From NCBI RefSeq assembly GCF_009914755.1, contig NC_060925.1: a stretch of 64,000 bases of DNA. One strand, written 5' to 3'. This document shows, piece after piece, positions 1 to 60,942 of the stretch (the first letter of the stretch is position 1; every line of letters begins with the position of its first letter). Source of the stretch: the human T2T-CHM13v2.0 reference genome, Homo sapiens. The notes beneath the pieces were generated by a model, which did no database searches, was not told where the DNA came from, and saw only the letters and a program-made list of their open reading frames with translations. The translations under genes and the position numbers were made by a program.

Positions 1-231
<231 letters not shown>

Positions 232-379
232 TCCTTCCACCTTCCTAAGCCACTTCCCCCAGTGCCCTTCACCAGGCTTCTCCTTCCACCTGGCTTCAGC
301 GACCCAAGCCCCTAGGAAATTGATCTCTTGCCTCCTTTTAAGCTCATGCTGCAATCTCCACTCCCAATCTCTCTAACAG

Positions 380-408
380 GCTGGGTGGAGAAGGAGACAT
401 ACTACTGA
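380..408 (+). CDS. ATP1A2: ATP1A2 terminal coding exon (G-W-V-E-K-E-T-Y-Y-stop), Na,K-ATPase alpha-2 C-terminus
   Basis: Acceptor ctctctaacag|GC TGG GTG GAG AAG GAG ACA TAC TAC TGA encodes the KETYY C-terminus of Na,K-ATPase alpha subunits; lies directly upstream of ATP1A4. Confidence 0.93.
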
Positions 409-1486
409 CCCCATTGGAAGAAGAACCAGGCATGGAAAGATGGGGAGCTCTGGAGGTGTTGTGGGGATGGTGATGGAGAGGGATGGAAATAACGGGTGGC
501 ATTGGGTGGCAACATTTGGGGAGAGATAATGAGGCAACTCAGCAGGCTAAGTTGCGGGGTATATAAATTGGGGTGATGACCCCATAGACCTAACTGTGAA
601 CAATCAGATTAGACACTATGTGTTAGAGTCCCCCCGACCAGATCCTTTTCCATCCCACTCCACTATGTTGTCTATTTTTTCTGAGGAATTAAGGGTTACC
701 CCACCCTGCCCACTCCCATCCCTTCAACCCCACTTCCTACTGTAATAGATCAGCATCCAAAAGCAGGAACCCATCTAAACCAGAAGGAAGCCCTCTCAGA
801 TCACCCCAGCCTCACTCCATTTCCCACTTCCACCCCCGTTAGCTTCCTGCAGGACTCTATCCCTGGCTTCCCCTTCAGACCTTGCAATCACAAAAGGTTC
901 TTCTGGTGAGTGCAAGAGCCTGAGACTGGAAAAGGTGGACTTGTCTCCCAGTCGAGGCTGGTAAGGGACCTTCAGGGAGAGCTGGGCAGACAGGTGGGAG
1001 ATGGAGGTAGGGCTGGCTGGAGGAAGGAAACAACAAAGGAAGTGAGGTAGTGCCAATGACAGGACATTTGACATGAGTCTCCAGATAGATGTCGTGGACT
1101 CCAGCTCTACGTCCCACATTTTAGAATACCCCACCAGCAGAACAAACTCAGATCTCATCAGGGTAGCAGCAGAGGCAGGACCAGAAGGCAATCAAGAGCT
1201 TCCAGAAATGCCACACTTGTGTGCCACAGAGTTCCCCGCTGACCCTTGGTTAGGGGTCCTCTTAGTCCACAAGGTCCGGATGTCACTCATGTACTTAATA
1301 ACACTTCACCTTCTGTAATACTAAGTCCTCAGAGCTCCATGCTGTTCTGAAAGGGATGGCCACAAGTTCTTTCCCAGCCTCTTCCATTCCCTTTCTTTTC
1401 ATGCCCATCCCGATGAACCTGCATCATTCCCCGACACTGCCAAGCCAACCCTGGAAAAGGAGTTCGCTGGCCATTGGCTAGAATCA

Positions 1487-1904
<418 letters not shown>

Positions 1905-2646
1905 TGATTTGCTTTTGACGTCTTAGGTGGCAGGGCTGTTCCCTCCAGGCAAATGCCCTTCAAACCGACGATCATTGTGCCCACTTACCCTGGGCTGGAG
2001 AGTTGGTTTCAGGTTCCTACAGGAGATAGCTTTCTTTCCCTTACTCCCTATCTAACACTTTTGCTCTGCAGGCAGCCTTGCCCATTCTCTAAGCCTGGCT
2101 TAGAAGGCACTGGGAATGTCCTGTAGAGAGAGACCTAGATAGGTCATGCAAGTGAGAAAGACATCTGAGGAAAATGGAAGACCTAAGGCAGACAGGAAGG
2201 AAGCACAAAAGACAAGCATTGGGTCAGACCCATAAACCACCTCCCAAAGGCTGTCATTTCATTGCACTGGAATTTTGCTTTATCAGAAGCAAGGAAGTAA
2301 GGGAGTCATTGCCTTGGGCCTGGGAATCTAAGTGGGAGACAATATTAATTTGGATCCGATTAATTGGAGATTACTAACTGTGGACAAAAGTTTATCTTTG
2401 CACAATCAATAAAAATGGCATTTTTTTAGTAAATTAAGAGCATAAACAATATTGCTAGAGGTGGCATGTTTAGTCTACCAAAAACAATACTTTTCAGGCA
2501 CTTTAGAAATATCCTTTTAGAAGCAGCGAGTGCATGGGCTAATTATCATCAATCTTTATGTATTTGTTAAAGAAACATCTACAGGATCTTTATTGGTGAC
2601 CTTTTGTAAGACATTAGTTTGAGGTACTACCTATGTACTTGAAAAT

Positions 2647-2652
2647 AATAAA
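2647..2652 (+). terminator. ATP1A2: Polyadenylation signal AATAAA of ATP1A2 (a proximal AATAAA lies at 2408-2413)
   Basis: Canonical hexamer at the end of the long terminal exon. Confidence 0.65.
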
Positions 2653-3539
2653 GTGGCATTTCTTTATGAAAAAAAAAGAAATCTCTTCCATAATTCAGAT
2701 TTCTACACTTTATACTTGCCTCCCTCCTAAATCGTGATATTGAAATATGTGCTGTGGCAGAACTCGGCTTGTAGGGAAAGCAACAAAGAGATAGCAAGTG
2801 TCAGGGATGGGAGGGAAATGGTCTGGGAGCAGATGATGTCCGTGGAGAAAGCAAGAGGGGAAGAAGTTAGGTTGCAAAATAACCTACAAGAAACTATAGC
2901 AGGAGCCTCCTTCCTCATGCTGATCCCACCCTAAGAGCCACAAGAGTTTGTCCAGGACAGGGAGGGGCCTGTGAGTCTATTAAGAACAAGATCCTCAGGG
3001 GCACTTCTGCTTTTTCTGTTCCAGACCAAAATCAGGCCATTCTCTATCTGATGGGATGGGGGAAGGAGATAGTGGGTTGAGGAGCCCAAGAGTCAACACC
3101 AATTCACAATCTGTACTTCATGCAGAGCTTTGTCCTGGGTGCTCTCTTTAAGGGGTGGGGGTAAAGTGGATGCAATCCTTGAAATTCACCTGAGTAGTAG
3201 ACATCAGAAACCATCATGGACAGAATGTAATGAGCAGTAGTGGGGACGCTTGTGTGCTGGAGATGGAGGGGTGGGTGGGTGGGTGTGCATTGCTCCAGGG
3301 GGGCCCTGGGAATGGGAGAGAGAAAGACACCAACTCTTACAACCTATGCCAGGATTTCAGAATAACGGTCAGAAGTCAATTCTTGCCCAAGCCATATTGC
3401 AGCCCCTTTATTATGACTCTTAACAGTGTCATTAATGACAGTTATAGTTAGTAGTGATTATAAGAGCCTTAATCACAGCTCATTTTGTGCCATAACTATG
3501 CCAAAATTTTATTTGTATAGTCTCCGTTCATCCCACCAC

Positions 3540-4120
3540 AGGGCCTTTATTCTTGATGGTCCCTCTGCCAGGAACACTTTTCCCTAGTTATTCACATGCC
3601 TGGCTTTGTCACTTCATTCAGATCACTCCTTAAACATCGGTAAGATCCTCACAGAGGACCTCAAATAAAATGACTTCCTGGAACCTCTTTCTCTGTTCTC
3701 TTCGTTTTTGTTCATAAATACTTATTACCTTAAATTTAGATAGAAAGACAGCTAGATGTAATATTTAGAAAGATATACATGTATTTTGTTGCTGTTTATG
3801 CTTTTGTTTGTCTGACTCCTCCAGTATAAGTTCCATGAAGACAGAGACTCTATTTCTTTTGTTCAACACCTTTATCCTTAGCACCTAAAACATCTGACAC
3901 ACGTTAGACAATTAATAAATATGTGTTGGATGACTGAAAGGATCCTCACAGTAATTCAGTAAGATGGAGACTATTATTATCTCCAATTTACAGATGAGAA
4001 AACTGGTGCTCAGAAAGTTAAATTATTATTCAAAGTTTCAAAGGTAGTAAGCATCTGAAGCAGGATTCAAACCTAGGCCAGTCTGACTCCAGGGCCTGCC
4101 CTCTTAACCATGCCATGCTC
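3540..4120. mobile_element. L2 3' fragment followed by MIR
   Basis: L2-like end (..ttaataaatatgtgttggatgactgaa); MIR core (ttacagatgagaaaactg...ggattcaaacctaggc). Confidence 0.55.
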
Positions 4121-4304
4121 TGCAACTGCAAGAACAGAAAGCCTATGTGCATGGACAGAGCCTGACTAGCCCAATGGCTCAGTGAACTGGGGAGGCTGCC
4201 AAGGGAGCCAGGAATTTGTGGACAATTAACATTTGAGCAGCAGGGGCAAGGCAGATCCGTGAGAAAGGGAGAAGATATGATCTCAAAGATGCGGTAGGGG
4301 GTTA

Positions 4305-4640
<336 letters not shown>

Positions 4641-5287
4641 GATCCAAAGAGATTTGATGGTCTGCTAGAGGATTTTAGCAAAAAGAAGAATCTTACTATT
4701 GAATGTAATCTGAGAAGCTAAGGCCAACTTTTGACCCAGGCAGAAAGTCTTTCCATGGCATTTTCTTTTTATCTACAGAATAGGAAATGTGATCATGCAT
4801 CAGAGATAATCAGAGATAGTCACTAAATATTCATAATGCTAAGAACGCAGCAAAAAATAGGAAGAAAGTGGTTAGATCAATATCAAAGGAAGACATTTAA
4901 TACAAAGTGAGTCTTTCAAAAATATCCTTGGCTCCAGTGAATTCAATGAAGGATTTTTTGCAAATTCCTCAAAGAATTTCCTTATATTATTTAAAATGTG
5001 CTGGAATATAAAAAATTATTTTGTGTTTTGTGTTGCCCAGCCTATTTTATGAGATAAGTACTATTTTGTTAAAATTTTATATTTAATATAGATAATAAAT
5101 TGACTACCCCAAATGGTGGAATGCAAGGATAGCATATTACAAGGAAAATGTTACAAACAACTAACATTAACTAGACAAAGGATGAAATAATCATTTCAAA
5201 AAAGGTTGAGGAGGCTATCAGTAAAATTCAGTATCTATTACTGATAAAAATGTTGGAGGAAAAAGTGTATCAGAAAATATAATCATG

Positions 5288-6393
<1,106 letters not shown>

Positions 6394-6915
6394 TCAGCCA
6401 AAACAAAGCAACAGCATCAATAACAAAAAAAATCCTAGAAGCAATAAATTCAAAGTTACAGGGTATATGGGTATCAGTTTTCAAAGAAGGAAATGTATCC
6501 CTAAATATTAGGGAGACAGAAAATACAGCATAAAGAGCTTCTATTTACAATAGAATGAAAACAAATTACGCTCAAGGTTTACTGTGTGCAGCACATAGTA
6601 ACTATTAAAGAAAATTTAAAAGTACAATGAGAAAAATAAAAAAACATGAATTCATGGAAAGCTAAACTTGACTGCCATTTGGGAAGGCAGAACGTAGTAA
6701 AGATAAAAATAAGTTACTATGAAAGAGTCAATTCAATATCAATTAAAATCCTCGCTGCATTTTTATAAAACATGACATATTGGTTGTGACATTCAGCTGC
6801 AAGAGTAATCAGGCAAGAATCTCAGAGGTTTTTTCTAAGTAATTATGAAGCAAATGAATAGATCACTGATGCTAACATATTTACCCCAACAGATTTTAAA
6901 ACACATCAGACCACT

Positions 6916-7278
<363 letters not shown>

Positions 7279-7900
7279 TCAACATCTATTCAGGGACTAT
7301 TTGTGGACCAGCTGCCCTGTGCCAAGCACTATCCTAGGAGCCAGGTATATAGCTGTGGAAAAAAACAGGGAAGGTCCCTAGGGTCATGGAGAACCAGACA
7401 AGTCAACAAGACAAGTCAATCAGACAAGTCAACAGTTAACAGGCAGGATAATTTCAGAGGGAGAGAAGTGTTGTGAAGATCAAAAGTGATAGAGAGAGGG
7501 CTGGCGCCGGAGGGGCTGTTTTGGATTTAACTATGAGAGAAGGCCTCTCCGAAGAGGTGGACTTTTGAGCTAAGATCTCTAGAACAAAATGAGGTTTCTA
7601 AAAATAATTTCAATTGATTGTATCTCCATAAAGTTGCTTTTGGGCAATGCCCATCTGCAAGACTGAGCTAAGTGTTATTGTCACATAGATGATGCATAGA
7701 AAAACATATGAATTTTAACTTTAATTCTAACCTTCTTCTTAAGAATTTTATGTTCATCTACATTAAACACAAAGACTGGGAGAAAACATTTGTGTTATAT
7801 ATGACAAGGGTTTCCTACAAATCAATATAAAAAAGAAAACAATGGAAAATTGGGCAAATTGTAAGAATGACAATTTACAAAATAAATAAATAAAGTCCAA

Positions 7901-8245
7901 GACCAGGCATGGTGGCTCATGCCTGTAATCCCAGCACTTTGGGATGCCCAGGCGGGCGGATCACCCAAGGTCAGGAGTTCAAGATCAGCCTGGCCAACAT
8001 GGCAAAACCCCATCTCTACTAAAAAATACAAAAAAATCAGCTGGGTATGGTGGCGTGTGCCTGTAGTCTCAGCTACTTAGAAGGCTGAGGCACGAGAATC
8101 GCTTGAACACAGGTGGTGGAGGTTACAGTGAGCTGAGATTGCACCGCTGCACTCCAGCCTGTCAAAAGAAAGAAAGAGAGAAAGAAAGGAAGGAAGAAAG
8201 GAAAGAGAGAAAGAAAGAAAAGAAGAAATGAAAGAAAGAAAGAAA
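7901..8245 (+). mobile_element. Alu with GA-rich (GAAA/GGAA) tail
   Basis: Alu consensus followed by a purine tract. Confidence 0.88.
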
Positions 8246-8249
8246 ACCA

Positions 8250-8900
8250 GAAAGCCAGTAAACATAAGAGAAAATGCTCACATTGACAATTTAAAAATGC
8301 AAATTAAAACTACAAGATATCAAAGTTCACTGATTATAATAGTAAAAATCAAGGTCATCTAGCATAATCAAAGGTGTGGAAGGCAGACATTCTTGCATCC
8401 TGTTGTTGGGATGCAGATAGATAAACACTTTTAAAGACCAATTGGCAGAATCTTTTAAGATTGTTAATGAGTGTACTCTATGATTCAGCAACAGGAACTG
8501 ATTCTACAGAAATAGAAGCTCAAGGGCCTGATGATATCTATGTGCAAGAATGACACTCTAGCAATTTTATTAATGGTTAAAAAAATGGAAAATATCTCAT
8601 AAATCCATCAGTAATGGGAATGATTGAATAGAGCATGGTCAATACAGAATATGGAAGCCTCACAGCACTGAAAAAAAGAAGCTTTATGTACATGACAGGT
8701 TGGTAGAGAGTTGAATGATTGTTTAAAAGTTGAAAAATACCTCCTTTTAGATATCTATTTGTATAAACATAGAAAAAAGACTGGAAGGACATGCAGCACA
8801 TTGTTACCAGCAGTAACTTCAGCAGTGGGGAGAATCTGAGTTTGGAGGGAGGGAAGGTGGGGCTTTCAATTTTTATCTTAAACATTTTTAATAGAGAAGA
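8250..8900 (+). mobile_element. Old L1 (L1M-type) 3' region fragment
   Basis: aaaatgcaaattaaaactacaagatat, tatgattcagcaa..., aaatccatcagta: degenerate L1 ORF2-end/3'UTR motifs. Confidence 0.5.
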
Positions 8901-9069
8901 AAAATCCAATCTGTTAAAGAAATAGACGATCATTTATCCCAGCTGGGAAGGGAGCATTTCTATTTCTGAATATTCAAGGAGGATTGCATCAGCACCAAGA
9001 TGAATGTTTCCAGATACAGTCATATTTTTAAAAAGCATGCCCAACCAAAATGCAATTAAATAAATATCA

Positions 9070-9375
<306 letters not shown>

Positions 9376-9969
9376 TCAAACAACAGAATGGGAAAATCTA
9401 TGTGACGTGCATAATTGAAAAATATATATAATGGTTGACAGAAAAGTATAGATGCTTCAGATTATTCTTGGAAGGAGGTAGAATCCTATGGACATGCAAA
9501 ACATATATACAGTTAATATAGTCAAAGCACTTACTGAGACACCAGAGAAGGTCAATGGAAGAGGTAAGTACATCATTTTAAAATGAGAAAATGCAACGCT
9601 ATCACATGGAAAAGCATATTTTTACCCTCACTGAGAAGAGCTGCATATTAATCCACAAATAAAACTACTACTGAATTCAAGCTACCTATTGAGCACATAC
9701 TATATATGTCACATAGTGCTTTTTGTAGAGCACCTCACTTAAGGTAGAAGGTATCCTCTTTTAAAAATAAGAAAAGAGAGGTACAGAGGTTAGGTAACTT
9801 GCTCAAAGCCACACAGCTGACAAGTGGAGGAGTTGGGATTGAAATCCAGGACTGGTTCCAGAGCCCAAGATCTGATCTATTCTGCTAGCTGATCTCCTAA
9901 AATTAAAAGATCAAACCCAATGTTAGTGGAAAAGTGTGCCTTGCTAAAAAACACACACAGAGTACCTGC

Positions 9970-10382
<413 letters not shown>

Positions 10383-10789
10383 TGAGTCATCTATTTGGCA
10401 TACCTCTAAGCCTCCAAAGTCTGCAGGACCACACAAGAACTTTGTTCTAGTTCTGCCCTCAGACTGAAACTCTTTCTGTAGCAGGGCCTGCTCCAATCGT
10501 CCTCAAACCCAAAGACTGAGACTTCTAGGTTCTTGGTTAAAACCTTCATGAGGCCTTTGCGACAGCAGACCTGGACCATCGCCAAGGCAAGACTTCTGGA
10601 TTCTTGGTTAGAACTTTCAGGAGGCCTTTGTGATGCCAGACCTGGGTCATTGCCCCAGCAACCACAGGGCCTGGGACTGGGGGGTTCCCAGATCCTTGAA
10701 GCTCACTCCGCCTCCTCACTCTCACTGCATTTCCCACCTTCCTGTGGGCCTTGCGGCATCTTCATCACTGAGGCACCTGGTTACTCTTC

Positions 10790-11095
10790 ACCTCTTGTTT
10801 CCTGCCCTCACTGCATTCCCTCACCTCTACCTTTTTATCCTTCCACCCTAGGCTTCTCTCCTCCCTCTTCCCTCACTCCTGACTCTTCCTCTTCCCAGCG
10901 GACGGCTGGAGGACCGCTCAGTCTCTCCTCTCTCACTTCCCTTCCTCTCTCTCACCTTCACCACCCAACACCTCCCTCCCTGCCTCTTTCTTTCTGCTCC
11001 CTCATTCTCTCCCCACCACTCTCTTCTCGTGGCCCCCTTGCCTGCGCGCCCTCTTCCCTTCCCCTTGCCTCACTCTCTCAGCTTTCTTCCCACAG
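10790..11095 (+). repeat. CT-rich polypyrimidine low-complexity tract upstream of the ATP1A4 ATG (probable 5' UTR)
   Basis: ~300 nt strongly biased to C/T. Confidence 0.7.
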
Positions 11096-11127
11096 TTGAG
11101 CTCGGGCAGCTCTTTCTGGGGATAGCT

Positions 11128-45778
<34,651 letters not shown>

Positions 45779-46032
45779 ACTCAGCAGATGAAGAGCTTCA
45801 TGTGACACAGGGGTGTTGTGAGAGCTGGGATGGGGCCAGAGATTATAAGTTTGACACAACATCTGAGACACTAGGATGAATTATCTTGGATGAGAAAGAT
45901 GGGCAATCCTGGGCTGGCTTGAGGGAATCATGGGCAGAGGATGAGGTGGGCTGAAGGGAAGCCCAGCCTGCATCTAGCTGGAGCCCCGCAGGGAGGGGCA
46001 TGGTCCTGCTGAATCCCGTAGCCAGTCTAGAC

Positions 46033-46038
46033 AGTAAA
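46033..46038 (+). terminator. ATP1A4: Candidate non-canonical poly(A) signal AGTAAA of ATP1A4
   Basis: No AATAAA seen shortly after the stop; AGTAAA lies ~255 nt downstream, followed by GT-rich sequence. Confidence 0.45.
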
Positions 46039-49000
46039 TGTCTGGAAAAGCCCTCACCAGCTGGATGTGTCAAATCTGATCTTGGGGGAGTGGGGATTAC
46101 TGTGAAGCTCCCTCCACAGGTCTTCATGATGACCAGGCTGGGGAAGTGTTTTAAGGACCAGAGTCAAGGCTGGGATAGGATCAGTATCAAGCATCCTTGC
46201 CCTTTAAAGTCACTCTCCGAGCCACTGGACAGCAAGGACAGGGCAAATGACTGCCTCAAAATTCCAGCTGAGATCAGAGAAATGGAAGGTGGGGGAGAGA
46301 GGAGCAGCTAAGTCACACGTGGGAAGAGGGTCCACAGCATCCGCACAGGGGGTAGGTGGGGTGGAGTCATCTGACCCCACCTTGCAGTTCCTGAGACCAG
46401 CTTGCAGACCACAGCGCTGTGGTGCTAGAAGAGATCAGATTGCATCAGTGAAAAGCCTGAAGTCCAGAGAGGTTAAATGACTTGGGAATGGCCATGTGCT
46501 GAGTGTTGTCCCTCATCTGAGAAAGGGACAGGTAGGAAGGACAGTCTCCAGGCATACTGGTGGTCCCTGCCCTCTACCCTCGGTCATCAGGGCTCCTCAA
46601 CCCCATTCTGGCCCTCGGCCTGTTTTCTCTGGTGTAGCCTTGAGATAGAGGCTATAACAAGACTTTCTGAATCCCTGTGGCCTTTACTGTGAAGCAGCCG
46701 CCCCTGCTCTGCACGGGGTGATGGACTTTCCCAAGAGCCTGGCCTCTGTGCCTGGGCCCAGGTGCATTCTCAGATGAGTGAAAACTCGTGGAGGGCCTTT
46801 CTCTCCTGCCCACCTTCGTCTCAGCATTTCTTCCTTCCCCTTCACCCGCTCATTCACTTTTGCTCTGTGAGCCCCTCCACTGTGCCATGTGGGTCAGTTC
46901 ATTCTCAGGCCTCTTTCAGAGTAGAGCATTGGCTGTTCCCAAATGTGTACAGGGTGGAAGAGAAATGCTAACGAAAGCTAGGGGAACACCATCAGCTATT
47001 TCCACAACAAAACACATATGTACTAGGTGTCTGCACACTACACCTAACACTGGGACGAGGGTTTTATATACACACCATCAAGAAAGTCACATAAATGTTT
47101 CCCTACCACCCACTCCATGTTACCCAAGAAGAAACCAAGGTCTGTCCATTTTCAGAACGTGGGCCCTTAATCACTTTCAGACTAGTCTTTCAGTGAGGGC
47201 TGGGCCAAAAATACACAAAAACAAAACAAAGCAAACAAAAAAAATAGGCTAGTGATGGGGAAGGACCCGGGGTGGGTCTGGAGGATGAGAGGCCATGAGC
47301 TAGCAAAGAGAAGGCCATCGTGAGTATCGCCCGCCATTTTCCCTACATCAGGCCCCTCCTCAGAGGTCTCTCTCCCTCTTCTCCTCCCTCTTCCATCACA
47401 AGGTCTCCTAGGAACAGTGCTATATCAGCCTGGGGTCCTTCCCCAATTGCTGACATCGCTGAACCAGACCCTGGAAGATCAGTGGGCCAGGGTATATGTG
47501 AGTGAGGTGGGAAGCAGGAGCACAGAGGGGCCAGCTCCTCAGGTTTCAGTAGCAGGAGCTTCAGGTGTCTGGTGGGTTAAAAATACAGAGGCCCCAACTC
47601 ACGGTCATTTGATACCAGTGGCTGAGGCTTCTCAAGTCCAAGGGCCTGAAGGGAAGGAGACTGAGTAGAAAGTAGACAGAGTGAAGCATCAAGAGAGAGC
47701 AGTGGGGGCGGGCGCTGGAAAGGGGAAGGGTGGGACTGGAGCCAGAGAGGGCAACGAGAGGGAACGGGATGGATGGCAATGTCCGGTAGCTGTAGGAAAG
47801 GACCAGGAGATGGAACAGACTCGCCACCAGAGTCCCATCTCATACTCTTGGGGGTACAAAAGGTCAGATTCAAGATGGAACAAGTTTTATGCTCCAGCGT
47901 CTCTGTCCCAGTGTCTCCCGCCTCCCCTGGAATGCAGAAGTGAGAAATCAGGGCTGGACATCACCTAGATCATCTGCTTCTGGGCAGGCCTCCCCATCTC
48001 ACCTGGCTGCCTTTGCTCTGGCCTTGGGGCTTTCCCACGTTAGCCACTCTTCAGGGAGACCAGGATATGGGCTTCTGAGGTCTCTTCAGCTCCAACGTGC
48101 TGTGCTTAGGCTAGCTCCAACCTCTCCTGCTACAGTGACAGCTGTCCCTCTTGGCCTCACTTCTGCCATGCTTTTGAGATTTTCTGTGGCCTTCCGTGTT
48201 CAGCTGTGTAAGGTCCACCACACAGACATGTGGAAAAGTTATTCTGCTAACATAATTACATGACCCTCCCTGGATGCAAAACAAAACAAAAAAAACACCA
48301 CTGTCCCTCTAGAATCAGAGATACCTCAGGGTGCAGTGGCAGCATGTGACTTTGATCTGACCCTCTATGGTCTCCCTCGTGCCTCAGTTTACTGTGCATA
48401 GTAAGAACCCTGGAGGGCCATGAAGAGGATCCTTCCTTCCTACGTATCCAGAGTTAAACTCACTACTCTGTCCTCACCCCCAAGCTGGATCCAGAAGTTT
48501 AAGCCCCTACCCGCCCATCTCTGCTTTGGATCTCGGGTGCACAGAATTAATCATCAGTCTTGGTTCAGGGCACAGGGTTCACCTCTTCATGCTTGCCTAA
48601 TGTTAATTTTTTTTTGCCCTGGTGTCAATACCTGATCCTCTTTGTCTTGTCAAAGACATGGGAATAAATAGTAGCTATTCACTCTCCTTGGAAGCATGCA
48701 GCCTGGGAAAACCTCCCTTCCCACTGTGCCCCAGAAAACCGAGTCCCATAGGATCAGGGTAGGGAGTGCACACACAGGTGGCAACCAAAGGACAGACCCC
48801 TTCTCATTGTGGGCTTTATAGGCAGAGAAACCCCAAACCCACATCTCTACAGGACAGGATCTGGGCCAGCCCTGTCCTTCCCTGCATTCCCAAGTTAGGA
48901 GTGCTGAGTGAAGCAAAGGAAACTGGCTGGAGCTGAGCCAGGTTGCCAGTCTTGGACGCGGCTCCATCTTTTATTCAGAGAATGACCTCATCCTTGGTCC

Positions 49001-49311
49001 TGGTTCTTTAAAAGAAAGTGGAGGGGGTCTCTTTCCTGCAGCCTGGCTTGCACTTTTATCGCCCCACTCTCCTACATAGTATCAAAGAATCAGAATCAGA
49101 CTTCACCTACAGAAGATTCCCAGGCTTTAGGACATAGAGCCAATACCACATTTGTCCCCCTTTTGTCCTATATTATCAATTTAGCCTCTGACCCAGTTAG
49201 CTCCTCCTCTCCACTGCATTTAACTTCTAATTACCCTTGCCCCACCCTCGGCCCTCCCTAATTACCCTTATACCTCCCCTCCCCCAGCCCCAGCTTCATT
49301 TACCTCCGACT

Positions 49312-49364
49312 CATCTGGTCTTATTTTTAGCTCCGGCATCTCTCCTTTTCCTTTCTTAATATGG
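49312..49364 (+). promoter_or_regulatory. CASQ1: CASQ1 muscle-type proximal module: E-box, MEF2 and CArG-like box
   Basis: CATCTG 49312-49317; TTATTTTTAG (=CTAAAAATAA, canonical MEF2) 49321-49330; CTTAATATGG (CArG with 1 mismatch) 49355-49364; ~470-520 bp upstream of ATG. Confidence 0.6.
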
Positions 49365-49735
49365 CGATGAGCTCTTAGGCCAGTGTGGGGACCGGGGCTG
49401 AGGTGCCCTGGACACTGGAGGAGGGGGAGGGAAGGAGCCCCTGGGAGCCTGGGGTAGAAGTGTAGGAGGTGGGAGGATTCCGGCCCGCATGGAGCTGTCC
49501 TGGCCTCAGAAGGTTATCCGTCTCTCCTGCCAACCATGGAGACATATTTAGACAGGACCAGGTGGGGACTGAGGGGTGCCAATTTCAGGGGGCAGCTCCG
49601 GTTCCCTCCCCGCCCCCTGCTCCTATTCCTCCACCTGACCCTTTTTCCCTTGGCTCTGTCGGCAGTTTCTCCAGGACCCAGCAGTGCCCTCTGTCCACTG
49701 CTCTGGGCCATTCCCCAATCCCCCCTCCCACTTGA

Positions 49736-60452
<10,717 letters not shown>

Positions 60453-60936
60453 TTGCTATGGCAACCATCTTTCAGCCCCACTGGTCTTTTCATGCTCTCT
60501 CCTGCCTTCCCTTGTCCTTCCCTGAGTTCCTCCAGGGAGACTAGGTTATTCTCTGCCATAGAGCTAACTGGGGTCTATATGCTGGGTGCTGAGACACTGA
60601 TCCCCCTCATTTGATGAGCAAATGAGCTACTTTTCCCTAGACACCAGGCCAGCTCTCTCTTATCTGACTTCTGTTTCTTATCCCATAACTTACTTGTATC
60701 TATTATGTGTCTCTTCCATCACTCTCCATACTCTTTCTTGTGATTCTCCTCTAGCCATATATATGGGCCCCATCTCTGTTCTGTTCCCTCCATCTATGCA
60801 CAGCTTTCCCCCACTCTCTCTAATCCTGTATCTTTCTGACTGTCCTGTCCTTGGCCAGAAGGAAGGGAGAATACTGTGTTTGGGACTGTATCTCAGCAAT
60901 CACTTGTTAATGTATTTGGGTCAAATGAGAGGCCTC

Positions 60937-60942
60937 AATAAA
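60937..60942 (+). terminator. CASQ1: CASQ1 polyadenylation signal AATAAA
   Basis: First AATAAA ~485 nt after the stop; downstream GT/T-rich element gtgtattttggtg. Confidence 0.75.

Noticed and set aside
7396-7433. agacaagtcaa repeated three times (13-bp period)
   Set aside because: Short slippage repeat within old L2-like sequence; no spacers, so not CRISPR-like.
10533-11099. 188-aa Ser/Pro/Leu-rich ORF upstream of ATP1A4
   Set aside because: It starts at TTG and translates the CT-rich tract, a compositional artefact.
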